A stretch of 64,000 nt of DNA, from NCBI GenBank assembly GCA_017468925.1, contig JAFUHI010000004.1, positions 70,161 to 134,160 of the forward strand, written 5' to 3'. Origin of the DNA: Bacilli bacterium. GTDB lineage: Bacteria; Bacillota_I; Bacilli_A; RFN20; CAG-826. Numbering within the stretch: position 1 is the stretch's first letter; every line of letters begins with the position of its first letter. The translations under genes were made by a program, and so were the position numbers. The notes beneath the pieces were generated by a model. The model did not search any database. It saw only the letters and a list, made by a program, of their open reading frames with translations, and was not told the origin of the DNA. Below are positions 10,244 through 19,225 of this stretch, one piece after another.

Positions 10244-11358
10244 AAGACAAAAAAGAAAACATAATTCTTTTCGGCGGGTCATTCGACCCAATCCATAATG
10301 GGCATATCCGCCTAGCCAAAGCCGCTTCGAGGATGTTGGGCGGCAAGGTTTTCTTTATCCCTGCCAAAGCTCCTCGCTGGAAACATCCTTCAGCCTCCCC
10401 GAATGACAGAGAAAATATGATAAAGGCGGCGTTAAATGAGATTAACGACCCATCATTATGCTTTTCCGATATCGAATTGAAAAGAGTGGGTGAGACAACT
10501 TATACAATAGACACCGTCAAAGAGTTTAAAAATCTTTACCCAGATAGCAATCTAATCCTTCTAATCGGAGGCGATTCGGTCAACACTTTCGATAAATGGA
10601 AAGATGCAGAAGAAATTTCTAGATTAACTAGAATTGTCTATATCGAAAGGGATGATACGCTTGTAAATGAAGATAACGCACTGCGTTTTCAGATGGAAAA
10701 GCTTTATTACACTGGAGCGGGCCCTGTATCCAGTTCAGGAATCAGGGATTTGAGGACAATGGACACTCCATTAAGCGTCATAGACTATATCGAGAAAAAT
10801 AATTTATATTTTATTAATAACGTGCGCGCGTTATTAAGCCATGAACGTTTCATCCATTCTCTATCGGTTGCGCATTTATCATACGATATCGCTTTATCTA
10901 ATCAGTTCATGAATCCTGATATGGCTTATATTGCAGGATTGCTCCATGACATCGGCAAAAACGTAGAAGAGAAAGAATCTAGGATGCTTATTGAGAAAAA
11001 TGATCCAGAATATAAAGATCTTCCCCGTTATTGCTTACATCAATTCGTCGGGGAGTATTTTGCGAAAGAGAAATTCGGCATCGAAAACCCGTTGGTGTTA
11101 GATGCGATAAAATATCACTGCACCGGCAAGGAGCATATGCCTCCATTAAGCAAGATAATATACGCTGCAGACAAGATTGAGCCGACTAGGGGGTATGACT
11201 CATCGGCATTGATAAAGAAATGCAAAATAAATTATTATCACGGTTTTCTTGAAGTTCTAAAACATAACAAGAAATTCATCGACTCAAAACCAAACCCGGG
11301 CGAGAAAAACAAACTAAGCAACCAATGTTTCAAATCATACCTAAGGAGTTATAAATGA
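10240..11358 (+). CDS. nadD: fused nicotinate-nucleotide adenylyltransferase NadD / YqeK HD-domain phosphohydrolase
   Basis: 372 aa. The N-terminal half has GGSFDPIHNGH (the HxGH nucleotidyltransferase motif). The C-terminal half has H..(x)..GLLHDIGK and ..AADKIEP.., the HD-domain YqeK signature. There is no stop between the two halves. Confidence 0.85.
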   Translation: MKDKKENIILFGGSFDPIHNGHIRLAKAASRMLGGKVFFIPAKAPRWKHPSASPNDRENMIKAALNEINDPSLCFSDIELKRVGETTYTIDTVKEFKNLYPDSNLILLIGGDSVNTFDKWKDAEEISRLTRIVYIERDDTLVNEDNALRFQMEKLYYTGAGPVSSSGIRDLRTMDTPLSVIDYIEKNNLYFINNVRALLSHERFIHSLSVAHLSYDIALSNQFMNPDMAYIAGLLHDIGKNVEEKESRMLIEKNDPEYKDLPRYCLHQFVGEYFAKEKFGIENPLVLDAIKYHCTGKEHMPPLSKIIYAADKIEPTRGYDSSALIKKCKINYYHGFLEVLKHNKKFIDSKPNPGEKNKLSNQCFKSYLRSYK

Positions 11359-11681
11359 GAAAGACAAAACAACTGAATCTTATTGAGAAATGCCTAGAAG
11401 ACCATAAAGCAGAAGACATTTCGTCAATCGATGTAAAAGAAAGAACGCCATTTGCGGATTATTTCGTTATCGCAACCTGCCCAAACGTCAGAGCACTTGG
11501 TTCAACCGCGGATGCGTTGGTGGATGAGTTAGAAAAGAATAAATACGATGTCAGAAAAATAGAAGGCACAGTTGATTCTGGATGGTTGTTGCTTGATGCA
11601 GGATCAATCATCGTCCATATGTTCTTAGAATATAAAAGAAGAGAAGTGGATCTTGATGGATTGATTGCCAAATCCAAATAA
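11355..11681 (+). CDS. rsfS: ribosome silencing factor RsfS (iojap)
   Basis: 108 aa with ..FADYFVIATCPNVRALGSTAD..GWLLLDAGSIIVHMF... Conserved last position of the yqe cluster. Confidence 0.88.
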   Translation: MRKTKQLNLIEKCLEDHKAEDISSIDVKERTPFADYFVIATCPNVRALGSTADALVDELEKNKYDVRKIEGTVDSGWLLLDAGSIIVHMFLEYKRREVDLDGLIAKSK

Positions 11682-11718
11682 AATAAGTTTTTGGTTGACT
11701 AAAATAAATGCAGAATTA

Positions 11719-11759
11719 ATCACCATCGTGAAGCATTGTTGTTCAGATGGTGATTTTTA
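11719..11759 (+). terminator. Rho-independent terminator after rsfS
   Basis: ATCACCATC (11719-11727) pairs perfectly with GATGGTGAT (11746-11754). TTTTTAT follows. Confidence 0.8.
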
Positions 11760-11965
11760 TATTCGAGTCTGAGAATGAGAATCTCTTTGGCGATGCATTT
11801 CAAACTGAACCAAATGAAACATGATTAGCTGATTGTCTTAAGCGAGGAAAGACAAACCATAACTATGTGGTTTGTTAGTTCTTTGGAAGAGGGGCAAGAG
11901 AAAACGCTAAAATTTTTTATAAATCAGTTTTTGCAAATCCTTGAAAATAAGGCCAAATTAATATA

Positions 11966-11993
11966 ACTTCGCATAATGGGCATTATGTTAATA
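11966..11993 (+). other. dif: XerC/XerD dif-like chromosome dimer resolution site
   Basis: ACTTCGCATAA-TGGGCA-TTATGTTAATA.
- Against E. coli dif (GGTGCGCATAA TGTATA TTATGTTAAAT): 8/11 in the left arm and 9/11 in the right arm.
- Against B. subtilis dif (ACTTCCTAGAA TATATA TTATGTAAACT): 8/11 and 8/11.

It has the 11-6-11 architecture. It sits in the convergent gap where gene orientation switches, and xerD lies 3.3 kb away. Confidence 0.65.
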
Positions 11994-12094
11994 AAAAGAA
12001 ATAATAAAAGCGGTTTTAACTAATCAAAATAATCAATAACTTTTGCGTTTTTAAAATCTTTATACACATTTTTACCTAGTTTTCAACGTTTTTA

Positions 12095-12107
12095 AAAACT
12101 ACTAATT
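12095..12107 (+). repeat. 13-mer AAAACTACTAATT, copy 3
   Basis: Exact 13-mer, about 100 bp from the dif-like site. Its flanks resemble those of copy 1 (TTTTCAA upstream, TACTTTT downstream). Confidence 0.95.
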
Positions 12108-12145
12108 TATTACTTTTGGCATTTTCTTCGATTTTTATAAAACCA

Positions 12146-12175
12146 TATTAAAATAGACCCTTTTAAGGATCTATG
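12146..12175 (-). terminator. candidate terminator after the ABC permease gene
   Basis: Minus strand reads TAGATCCTTAAAAGGGTCTA (imperfect stem) followed by TTTTAATAT. Confidence 0.5.
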
Positions 12176-12207
12176 TTTGCGTAATCTGATTAATTGGCTG
12201 GTCTATA

Positions 12208-13014
12208 TTATTTCTTTATTTTCTTTTTGATGTAATGTAATGGGATATCAATTAGAGCGATTATTATTATGGCCAAAAGCGAATATGCTAATATGGCAAC
12301 CATATCTAATTCATAGTTTTTTGCGTGCGCTATCATTGACCCAATTCCAAGCGTGGATTCTGACGAGGCTGTGACTATCTCGCTCATTATTGAAACTTTC
12401 ATTGATAGGCCTAGTGATTGGACTATAGAAAGCAATATGTATGGAGCGATGTCTGGAACAATAACGTTCGTAACCGAACTAATTGATTTATATCCAATAT
12501 CGAGCTGGGCGGCATCTTTGATCAATTGATCCTCGTTATGAATTCCATCAACATATGCTTGATATATGACTGGGAATGCGACTAAGAAAACCAAAAAGCA
12601 AGGAATGTATGATGGCAAGCCTTTTATGTTTAAGAAAATACCCGCCAAAATTAACACAACTGCCGCTGTGGGAACCGTTCTACAGAATATTATTATCGGC
12701 TTCATGAATTTCTCAAAATATCGATGTAAACCGGCGATAATTCCTAGGATTGAGGCAACAATAAACGATGAAATGAAGCCAATTAATAGCCTCAAAAATG
12801 TCCATCCTATTGCTAAATATGTATTTTTCGTCTCATATCCTCCGAAAAGCATCATGAATAGCCTTCCGAAAGTCACCCATGGATCTGGGCAAAGATGGTT
12901 TCCTTGGCTTTCTAAAATGGCAGAAATCATCCACCAAAGCAAAATAAGAAAAACAAACCCAGCCACCACCGCCAATACGCTTAATAATCGCTGAGTTTGT
13001 TTTTTATTCATCAT
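12208..13014 (-). CDS. ABC transporter permease (NitT/TauT-like family)
   Basis: 268 aa with about 6 TM segments. EAA-type loop is DAAQLDIGYKSISSVTNVIVPDIAP. TAATG overlap with the upstream lipoprotein gene. Confidence 0.8.
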   Translation of the reverse strand: MMNKKQTQRLLSVLAVVAGFVFLILLWWMISAILESQGNHLCPDPWVTFGRLFMMLFGGYETKNTYLAIGWTFLRLLIGFISSFIVASILGIIAGLHRYFEKFMKPIIIFCRTVPTAAVVLILAGIFLNIKGLPSYIPCFLVFLVAFPVIYQAYVDGIHNEDQLIKDAAQLDIGYKSISSVTNVIVPDIAPYILLSIVQSLGLSMKVSIMSEIVTASSESTLGIGSMIAHAKNYELDMVAILAYSLLAIIIIALIDIPLHYIKKKIKK

Positions 13015-14015
13015 TATTTTGTGTAGAAGAGAGATTCGCTAAATGCTTTGCCTCCAGTCAAAGTGGAGAATGAATCGGCAAAGGCTTTGTTGTCCTTTAT
13101 TGTTCCACTCTTTAGCAACCCCAATTTATTGCCGTTTGTCTCTAGATTATAGACCAACGCTCCAGTGATTCCGAATCTTGTGGCAGTATCGGTATCGCTA
13201 TCTGGGTTGATGGCCTCATATTCATCGAGCGCTTCTTTGACTTTGGCTGGGTTTTCTATCGCCGTGTCTAATCTAGCATGGACTTGGGCGATGAAATCAT
13301 CCATCCAAAATTTATATCTATCATCGGAATAGACTTTTTTATTTATAAATAATCCACCGGCTGGTATTGTTGCACCGTCATGGTATTTGGCCCATTCTTC
13401 CTGAAGGTTATAAACAATATTTAATGTTTTTCCGGCTGCGGCAAGTCTTGCTTTGGCATTGGTGATGGCAGGCTCAGCCAAAACATAATAGTCATAAGCG
13501 TCTGCACCAATGATATTTGCCAAAACCGTTGGAGCGCCATCTTCATAAGTAACGGCCCCTTCTCCTAATTCCCATCCCCAAGAACCCGTTAAAGACCTGA
13601 AGGCTTTGGAAGCATTTCCGCCTTGGACGAATGCGTCAATTGTATAGGAAGAATCAAATGCATCCGCGGAAGTGTGTTTTGTTGAAACCAGATAGAAAGT
13701 CCCTTCGCTAATCCAATCGGCGAAAACATAATTGGCGTTTGGATTGGCGCCTAAAACCGTCAAACCCGCCACTCCATCGAATACGATTGCATCATATGCG
13801 TTGGCTAAAAGCTGCGGTCTAATCATTTCGGCAACGGATGTTGTCCAATTCTCATTTTCCCCTTGGTCATAGAAAGAGACAGCGACGTTTCCCGTCGGGC
13901 TTATCCATTTAAAATCAATACGTTCTGGTACGTTTGTTGATGGTGTTACGTTGTTTTCTGCACATCCAGAAAGCATAAGAGATGCTAATAAGGTTACGAT
14001 AATTGTCTTTTTCAT
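13014..14015 (-). CDS. lipoprotein, putative ABC substrate-binding protein (ligand unknown)
   Basis: 333 aa. Signal peptide plus lipobox is MKKTIIVTLLASLMLSGC. Translationally coupled both to deoB (ATGA overlap) and to the permease. The binding-protein role is inferred from context only. Confidence 0.6.
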   Translation of the reverse strand: MKKTIIVTLLASLMLSGCAENNVTPSTNVPERIDFKWISPTGNVAVSFYDQGENENWTTSVAEMIRPQLLANAYDAIVFDGVAGLTVLGANPNANYVFADWISEGTFYLVSTKHTSADAFDSSYTIDAFVQGGNASKAFRSLTGSWGWELGEGAVTYEDGAPTVLANIIGADAYDYYVLAEPAITNAKARLAAAGKTLNIVYNLQEEWAKYHDGATIPAGGLFINKKVYSDDRYKFWMDDFIAQVHARLDTAIENPAKVKEALDEYEAINPDSDTDTATRFGITGALVYNLETNGNKLGLLKSGTIKDNKAFADSFSTLTGGKAFSESLFYTK

Positions 14016-15208
14016 TCTAATACCTCCTTAATTTCTTCCCCTATCATTGTTTTATCTTTGTTAAGACCGAAATTTGATAAAATGGTCGCCCCCAAATCGG
14101 CGAAAGAATTTCTTTCTTCCAAATAGCGGCCGTTCTTGAATGAAGGCGAATATATGATGACAGGAACTTTTTCTCTTGTGTGATCGGTTCCGTGCCACGT
14201 CGGATCGTTTCCATGGTCTGCGGTGATTATCAAAACATCATCGTCTTTCATGTAACGAATCATCTCGCCAATTCTAGCATCGAACTCTTCTAAGGCCTTT
14301 CCATATCCCAACGGGTTGCGGCGATGGCCGTATTCGCTATCGAATTCCACAAGGTTCACAAAGCATAGCCCCTCGAAATCATCATTTTTAACATAATCGA
14401 TGGTTTTATCCATTCCATCCATATTCGATTTGGTGCTGATGGTTTTTGTGATGCCAACTCCGTTGAATATGTCGTTTATTTTGCCAACTGCGCTTACTGT
14501 GTATCCATTGGCTTTTAGAATATCTAAAGCGGTGATTCCGGTTGGAGATACAGTGTAATCATGACGGTTTGGGGTTCTTTTGAAGGTGTCTTTGTTTTCC
14601 CCTACATAAGGTCTTGCGATGATTCTTCCGACAAGCCACTCCGGTTTCATGCACAAATCTCTAGCGATATGGCAGCATCTATATAATTCTTCCAAACCGG
14701 TTGTCTCTTCGTGGGCGGCTATTTGTAATACCGAATCAGCGGATGTATATACGATAAGCGAGTTGTCTCTTTTTTGCTCCTCGCCTAGAACTTTCAATAT
14801 CTCGGTGCCGCTTGAAGAATAATTACCGATTACTTTGTGGCCTGTTCTCTTTTCAAGCTCATCTATAAGTTCTTTCGGGAAGCCGGTCTCGGTGAAGGTG
14901 ATGAATGGTTTGGTTGTTAGAATTCCCATCATCTCCCAGTGGCCAGTCATCGTGTCTTTTCCGTTTGAGGATTCGTTCGCCCTCATAACAAAAGAGGTTG
15001 GATGATCTTTTGTTGGTTTGATGCCTTTTATTGAGGCTAATTCACCTATGCCCATCTTTTCTAGATTTGGGCAAGATAAACCGCCCATTTTTTCGGCGAT
15101 GTGAACCCAGGTATTAGCCCCTTCATCATCCCATTTATAGGCATCTGGTTCGTATCCGATGCCAGCGGAATCCGCGACAATTAAGAAGAATCTTTTGAAC
15201 TTTCTCAT
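14012..15208 (-). CDS. deoB: phosphopentomutase
   Basis: 398 aa. N-terminal FLIVADSAGIG and C-terminal ..ITADHGNDPT..GTDHTRE.. are metal-site motifs of DeoB. Confidence 0.9.
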   Translation of the reverse strand: MRKFKRFFLIVADSAGIGYEPDAYKWDDEGANTWVHIAEKMGGLSCPNLEKMGIGELASIKGIKPTKDHPTSFVMRANESSNGKDTMTGHWEMMGILTTKPFITFTETGFPKELIDELEKRTGHKVIGNYSSSGTEILKVLGEEQKRDNSLIVYTSADSVLQIAAHEETTGLEELYRCCHIARDLCMKPEWLVGRIIARPYVGENKDTFKRTPNRHDYTVSPTGITALDILKANGYTVSAVGKINDIFNGVGITKTISTKSNMDGMDKTIDYVKNDDFEGLCFVNLVEFDSEYGHRRNPLGYGKALEEFDARIGEMIRYMKDDDVLIITADHGNDPTWHGTDHTREKVPVIIYSPSFKNGRYLEERNSFADLGATILSNFGLNKDKTMIGEEIKEVLE

Positions 15209-15240
15209 CTTTTGGCCTCCTTGGCCTAAACTATTTTAGT

Positions 15241-16131
15241 TTATTTCCTTTTGGCATACAAATTATATGCACTCATTATCCTTTGAGAGGATACTGATGT
15301 ATATATCTGCGTCGTGGTTATCTGGCTATGGCCTAGCATCTCTTGCACCGCTCTAAGGTCTGCTCCATTATCTAATAGATGCGTTGCAAAGCAATGTCTT
15401 AAGGTGTGTGGAGATATAGCGTTATCCACCCCAGCTTGGGCGGCGTATCTTTTGACTTGTTGGAAGAAATATATGCGGCTTATTGGTTTGCCTTCCCTAT
15501 TTAGGAAAATATATTGAGACGATTTGCCTTTGTTTCTTTTTCTTGGGCCATTCATATATTTTTCAAGATATTCCAAGGCAAAATCAGAAATCGGAACGCT
15601 TCTTTGCTTGTTCCCTTTGCCGATTATTGTGATCAAGGCGTTTTCGATATCGACTTCACTCTTTTTTAGATTTATGAGTTCGGAGACGCGTAGACCTGTC
15701 GCATACATCACTTCTAGCATAGCTTTGTCTCTCATTCCGCCATCCTTTGAGATGTCTGGGGCTTCTAGCAAAGCATCGACATCATCGACCGAAAGGACGA
15801 TTGGGAGTTTTTTCGCTGGTTTGGGTCCATCATATGTAGGCAAGACCATATCGCTATAGCCATCGCCTATTAGAAAATAATAGAAATTCCTGGTTGAAGT
15901 GAGTCTACGCAAAATCGTGGATGCGCTTTTTCCATCCTGCGCTTCTTTCATCATGAACATGTTTATGTCTTCCGGATCCAAATCCGCGGTGCTTTTTTTG
16001 TCTGGGAAGGCTCTAAAAAACAAAGAGAGATCTTCTTTGTAATTTGAAATCGTGATAGGCGTTACGCCTTTTTCGGTCAGTAGATACTGGAAATATAGAT
16101 TTATCGCGGTGGAGATATCAATCTCTTCCAT
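15241..16131 (-). CDS. xerD: tyrosine recombinase XerD (XerC/D family)
   Basis: 296 aa with ..ATGLRVSEL.. and HTLRHCFATHLLDNGADLRAVQEMLGHSQITTTQIYT (the R..HxxR..Y catalytic set). The xerD-deoB order matches B. subtilis ripX-drm. The XerD versus XerC assignment is an inference. Confidence 0.75.
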   Translation of the reverse strand: MEEIDISTAINLYFQYLLTEKGVTPITISNYKEDLSLFFRAFPDKKSTADLDPEDINMFMMKEAQDGKSASTILRRLTSTRNFYYFLIGDGYSDMVLPTYDGPKPAKKLPIVLSVDDVDALLEAPDISKDGGMRDKAMLEVMYATGLRVSELINLKKSEVDIENALITIIGKGNKQRSVPISDFALEYLEKYMNGPRKRNKGKSSQYIFLNREGKPISRIYFFQQVKRYAAQAGVDNAISPHTLRHCFATHLLDNGADLRAVQEMLGHSQITTTQIYTSVSSQRIMSAYNLYAKRK

Positions 16132-17305
16132 TTTTCTTCGCCTCGCTTCCTAGCTTGAATACCTTTTTCTTCATTTTTCTATTCAATTCATTCACAAGCA
16201 TTTGGGTCTTATCCATTTCCTCATATTCCTCATAATTGAACAAGGACATCTGAAAAGTTGATTTCCTGGGGTCGATTAGGTTTTGCAATGTCACTCCGAC
16301 AAGGCGAATCTCCATTCCCGAAAAATTCTCCCTATATAACCTAAGAGCTTGTTCTAGTATGATTTTATAATCATTCGTGTATTCGAGCATCGTGAATGAT
16401 TTGTCGTGGCTTTTGAAGGAAGTGTCTTTGACTTGTAACTGAACGGTTTTGCCGATTTTCTTCTTTCTTTTCGCCCCTTCGGAAACACGCATCGAAAGCT
16501 CTTTTATTTTTTCTTCAATGAAGAAATGATCATCACTATCGAAGGCAAATGTTTCGGAATGGCCTAGGCTTTTCGCGTCCCATGGCTCCATATCAACCAT
16601 ATCATTGCCTCTCCCATTGATCCAATCTTTGATTGTTGGATACATTTTGCCAAACATATCCATGAGCCTAGGGTCATCTTTGTTGACCAAATCGGCTAAA
16701 TCCCCTATTGTCGTTATGCCCATTTCTCTTAGCTTTGGGGATGTTTTTTTGCCAATGCCGTAGAACGATTCTATCGGCAATGGGTATATTTTCTCTTTGA
16801 TTTCGTTTTTTCTTATTATGGTGATGCCCATTGGCTTTTTCATATCGCTCCCCATCTTGGCGAGGAATTTGGTCGGGGCTAAACCGATTGAGCACTTTAA
16901 GCCAATCTCTTTTAGCAACCCGTCTTGCAGGTTCTTTAAATACATATATGGATGCTTTTCATTCTTTAGCTGCTCACTCATATCGACATAACATTCATCG
17001 ATTGAGGCTTGCTCAATTAGTTGAGAATATCTTTTTAAATAAGATATAAAGGAGATTGAAAGCATGCTGTAATAATGGAAATCAGGCTCTTTAACGATGA
17101 GTTTTGGGCATAATTCCAACGCCTTAAACATTGGCATTGCCGAATGAACGCCATATTTCCTTGCCTCATATGATGCGGTTGAAACAACGCCTCTTCTGCC
17201 AACCCCTCCAACAGCAATTGGCTTTCCGACCAAAGAAGGATCTTTCAATTCTTCCGCGGTGGCGAAGAAAGCGTTTAAGTCGATGTGCATTATGATTCTG
17301 CCCAT
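16118..17305 (-). CDS. dinB: DNA polymerase IV (Y-family)
   Basis: 395 aa with IMHIDLNAFFATAE, ..SIDECYVD.. and ..FYGIGKKT.. motifs. Confidence 0.88.
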   Translation of the reverse strand: MGRIIMHIDLNAFFATAEELKDPSLVGKPIAVGGVGRRGVVSTASYEARKYGVHSAMPMFKALELCPKLIVKEPDFHYYSMLSISFISYLKRYSQLIEQASIDECYVDMSEQLKNEKHPYMYLKNLQDGLLKEIGLKCSIGLAPTKFLAKMGSDMKKPMGITIIRKNEIKEKIYPLPIESFYGIGKKTSPKLREMGITTIGDLADLVNKDDPRLMDMFGKMYPTIKDWINGRGNDMVDMEPWDAKSLGHSETFAFDSDDHFFIEEKIKELSMRVSEGAKRKKKIGKTVQLQVKDTSFKSHDKSFTMLEYTNDYKIILEQALRLYRENFSGMEIRLVGVTLQNLIDPRKSTFQMSLFNYEEYEEMDKTQMLVNELNRKMKKKVFKLGSEAKKNGRD

Positions 17306-17348
17306 ATGAAAATTATATAACTTAAATGCTATATTATGTTAACAAATA

Positions 17349-19211
17349 TTAATCGAAATCCTTAAGGATTTGTTTTATTGAAATTCCGAGTCTTTCTAGC
17401 TGCTCTGACACCGTGCCAAATTGAATGAATTCCGTGGGAATGCAATGGCAGATAATCTTGCCTCTATAATCTTTCGAGGCGAGATAAGAAAGAATTGAAT
17501 CGCTTAATCCTTCTTTCGTTGAATAAGGATCGTATATGATTATTTCTTTTGCTTTTAAGAGATCATCCAAGCATTCTTGGTCAATTGGATTCAAGAAAAG
17601 CGGGTTTACGTACACGACATCTTTGCTTTCTTTTTTCAAAGTGGCATTTAATTCTTTTCCTAGAGGCCCGACCGCGATAAGCGCCACATCATTCTCTTTG
17701 CATTCTCTTTCAATTAGCCATTTGCCATATGTTAAATGCATTGGCTCTTTTTTCTGGGTGGCATCGGATAAAACATGAGGATAACGGATGGCAAAAACGC
17801 CATGCTCTTCTTCATATGACATCTTCGCAAGCCCGGCTGCTTCTTCCCAGGTTGAGGCCATGGTTATTGTGACGTTAGGAATGGTTTTCAAGAAGGCAAC
17901 ATCATATATTCCTTGATGGGTTTCTCCATTAGATCCGACCAAACCCGCTCTATCGATCAAAAGAGTCATATTCGTATTCATCCTCGCGCAGTCGTGGAGA
18001 ACTTCATCGTAGGCTCTTTGAAGGAAAGTCGAATAAATAACTACGATTGGGTGGATGCCGTTTATCGATAAGGCCCCTCCCAAGGTCAAGGCGTGTTCTT
18101 CGGCTATGCCGACATCGATTGTGCGTGATGGGAATGAGGAAAAACATTCATCCAGCCCTGAGCCTCTTATCATTGCTGGACAAATTAAATAAGTGTTATC
18201 GTGCTCACTTAAGGCTTTAAAGGATAATTCTCCCATAAAATGGGACCAACTCGCTTCCCCTTCGTGGCAGTTTAGAGGCTTGCCGGTTTCGATTTCAAAA
18301 GGCGTTACTCCATGCCAATAGCCAATCCTATCTTTCTCTGCTGGCTTATATCCTTTGCCTTTTTTAGTCAAAACATGGATGATTACTGATCTTCTTGGGT
18401 TTTTTGATTGCCTGAAGGCTTTCTCTAACGCTTTAATATCGTGCCCGTCTATCGGTCCGATATAAGTGAAACCCATGTTATCAAACATTGTGGTTGGCAC
18501 TAAAGCGCGCTTGACTGAATTCTTAAATTTATATGCAAGCATATAAAAGAATGAGCCGATTTTTGTTTTGCCTAAAGCTCTGGAGGTTCCGCTTTTGAAA
18601 CGGTTGTAGAATTTTCCATAGGATATTTTTCTAAAGAAACGCCCTAATCCGCCTGCAGGTCTAGATATCGACATATCGTTGTCGTTGAGGACGATGATTA
18701 CTTTGTCGTTTTTGTTTGCGATGCTATTTAACGCTTCAAAAGAAAGGCCATTGACGATTGATCCATCTCCGACAACAGCGATCACATTGTAATTCTCGTT
18801 TTTGATTTTTCTAGCCAAGGCAAAGCCTTGTGCGGCGGATAAAGCGGTTCCTGCGTGCCCCGCTTCATAGCAATCATATTCACTTTCGTTTCTTTTTTGA
18901 AAGCCGGAGATGCCATCTTTTTTGTTTAATAAGTCCAACGAACGCCCGGTAAGTATCTTATGCGTATATGATTGGTGACCAACATCAAAGATGAGTTTGT
19001 CATTCGGAAAAGAAAAAGACCTATGCAATGCGACTGTTAGTTCCACCGTCCCTAGATTGCTTGAAAGATGGCCGCCATTTGTGGATGTCGACTTGATTAT
19101 TTCTTCCCTGATATCAGAGCATAATTCATATAATTCTTTGTAATTATATTTTTTTACGTCTTCAGGTGATGAAATGCTTTTTAAACTGATGTACTCTTGC
19201 TTTTTCTTCAT
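17349..19211 (-). CDS. dxs: 1-deoxy-D-xylulose-5-phosphate synthase
   Basis: 620 aa with GGHLSSNLGTVELTVALH, DVGHQSYTHKILTGR and GDGS.. TPP-binding motifs. Confidence 0.92.
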   Translation of the reverse strand: MKKKQEYISLKSISSPEDVKKYNYKELYELCSDIREEIIKSTSTNGGHLSSNLGTVELTVALHRSFSFPNDKLIFDVGHQSYTHKILTGRSLDLLNKKDGISGFQKRNESEYDCYEAGHAGTALSAAQGFALARKIKNENYNVIAVVGDGSIVNGLSFEALNSIANKNDKVIIVLNDNDMSISRPAGGLGRFFRKISYGKFYNRFKSGTSRALGKTKIGSFFYMLAYKFKNSVKRALVPTTMFDNMGFTYIGPIDGHDIKALEKAFRQSKNPRRSVIIHVLTKKGKGYKPAEKDRIGYWHGVTPFEIETGKPLNCHEGEASWSHFMGELSFKALSEHDNTYLICPAMIRGSGLDECFSSFPSRTIDVGIAEEHALTLGGALSINGIHPIVVIYSTFLQRAYDEVLHDCARMNTNMTLLIDRAGLVGSNGETHQGIYDVAFLKTIPNVTITMASTWEEAAGLAKMSYEEEHGVFAIRYPHVLSDATQKKEPMHLTYGKWLIERECKENDVALIAVGPLGKELNATLKKESKDVVYVNPLFLNPIDQECLDDLLKAKEIIIYDPYSTKEGLSDSILSYLASKDYRGKIICHCIPTEFIQFGTVSEQLERLGISIKQILKDFD

Positions 19212-19225
19212 TGTGAAACAACTAT

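Noticed and set aside
12566-12994. 142-aa + strand ORF.
   Set aside because: It is antisense to the ABC permease gene, with no SD and no recognisable motif. Shadow ORF.
17306-17348. Search for LexA/Cheo boxes (CGAAC-N4-GTTCG) upstream of dinB, and also upstream of ruvA, xseA and recJ.
   Set aside because: I found no GAAC-N4-GTTC-like sequence in these spacers, so there is no evidence of SOS operators in the window.
19205-19225. The TGTGAAACA half-site next to the dxs start, which resembles half of a parS site (TGTTNCACGTGAAACA).
   Set aside because: Only one half-site is present and there is no palindromic partner.
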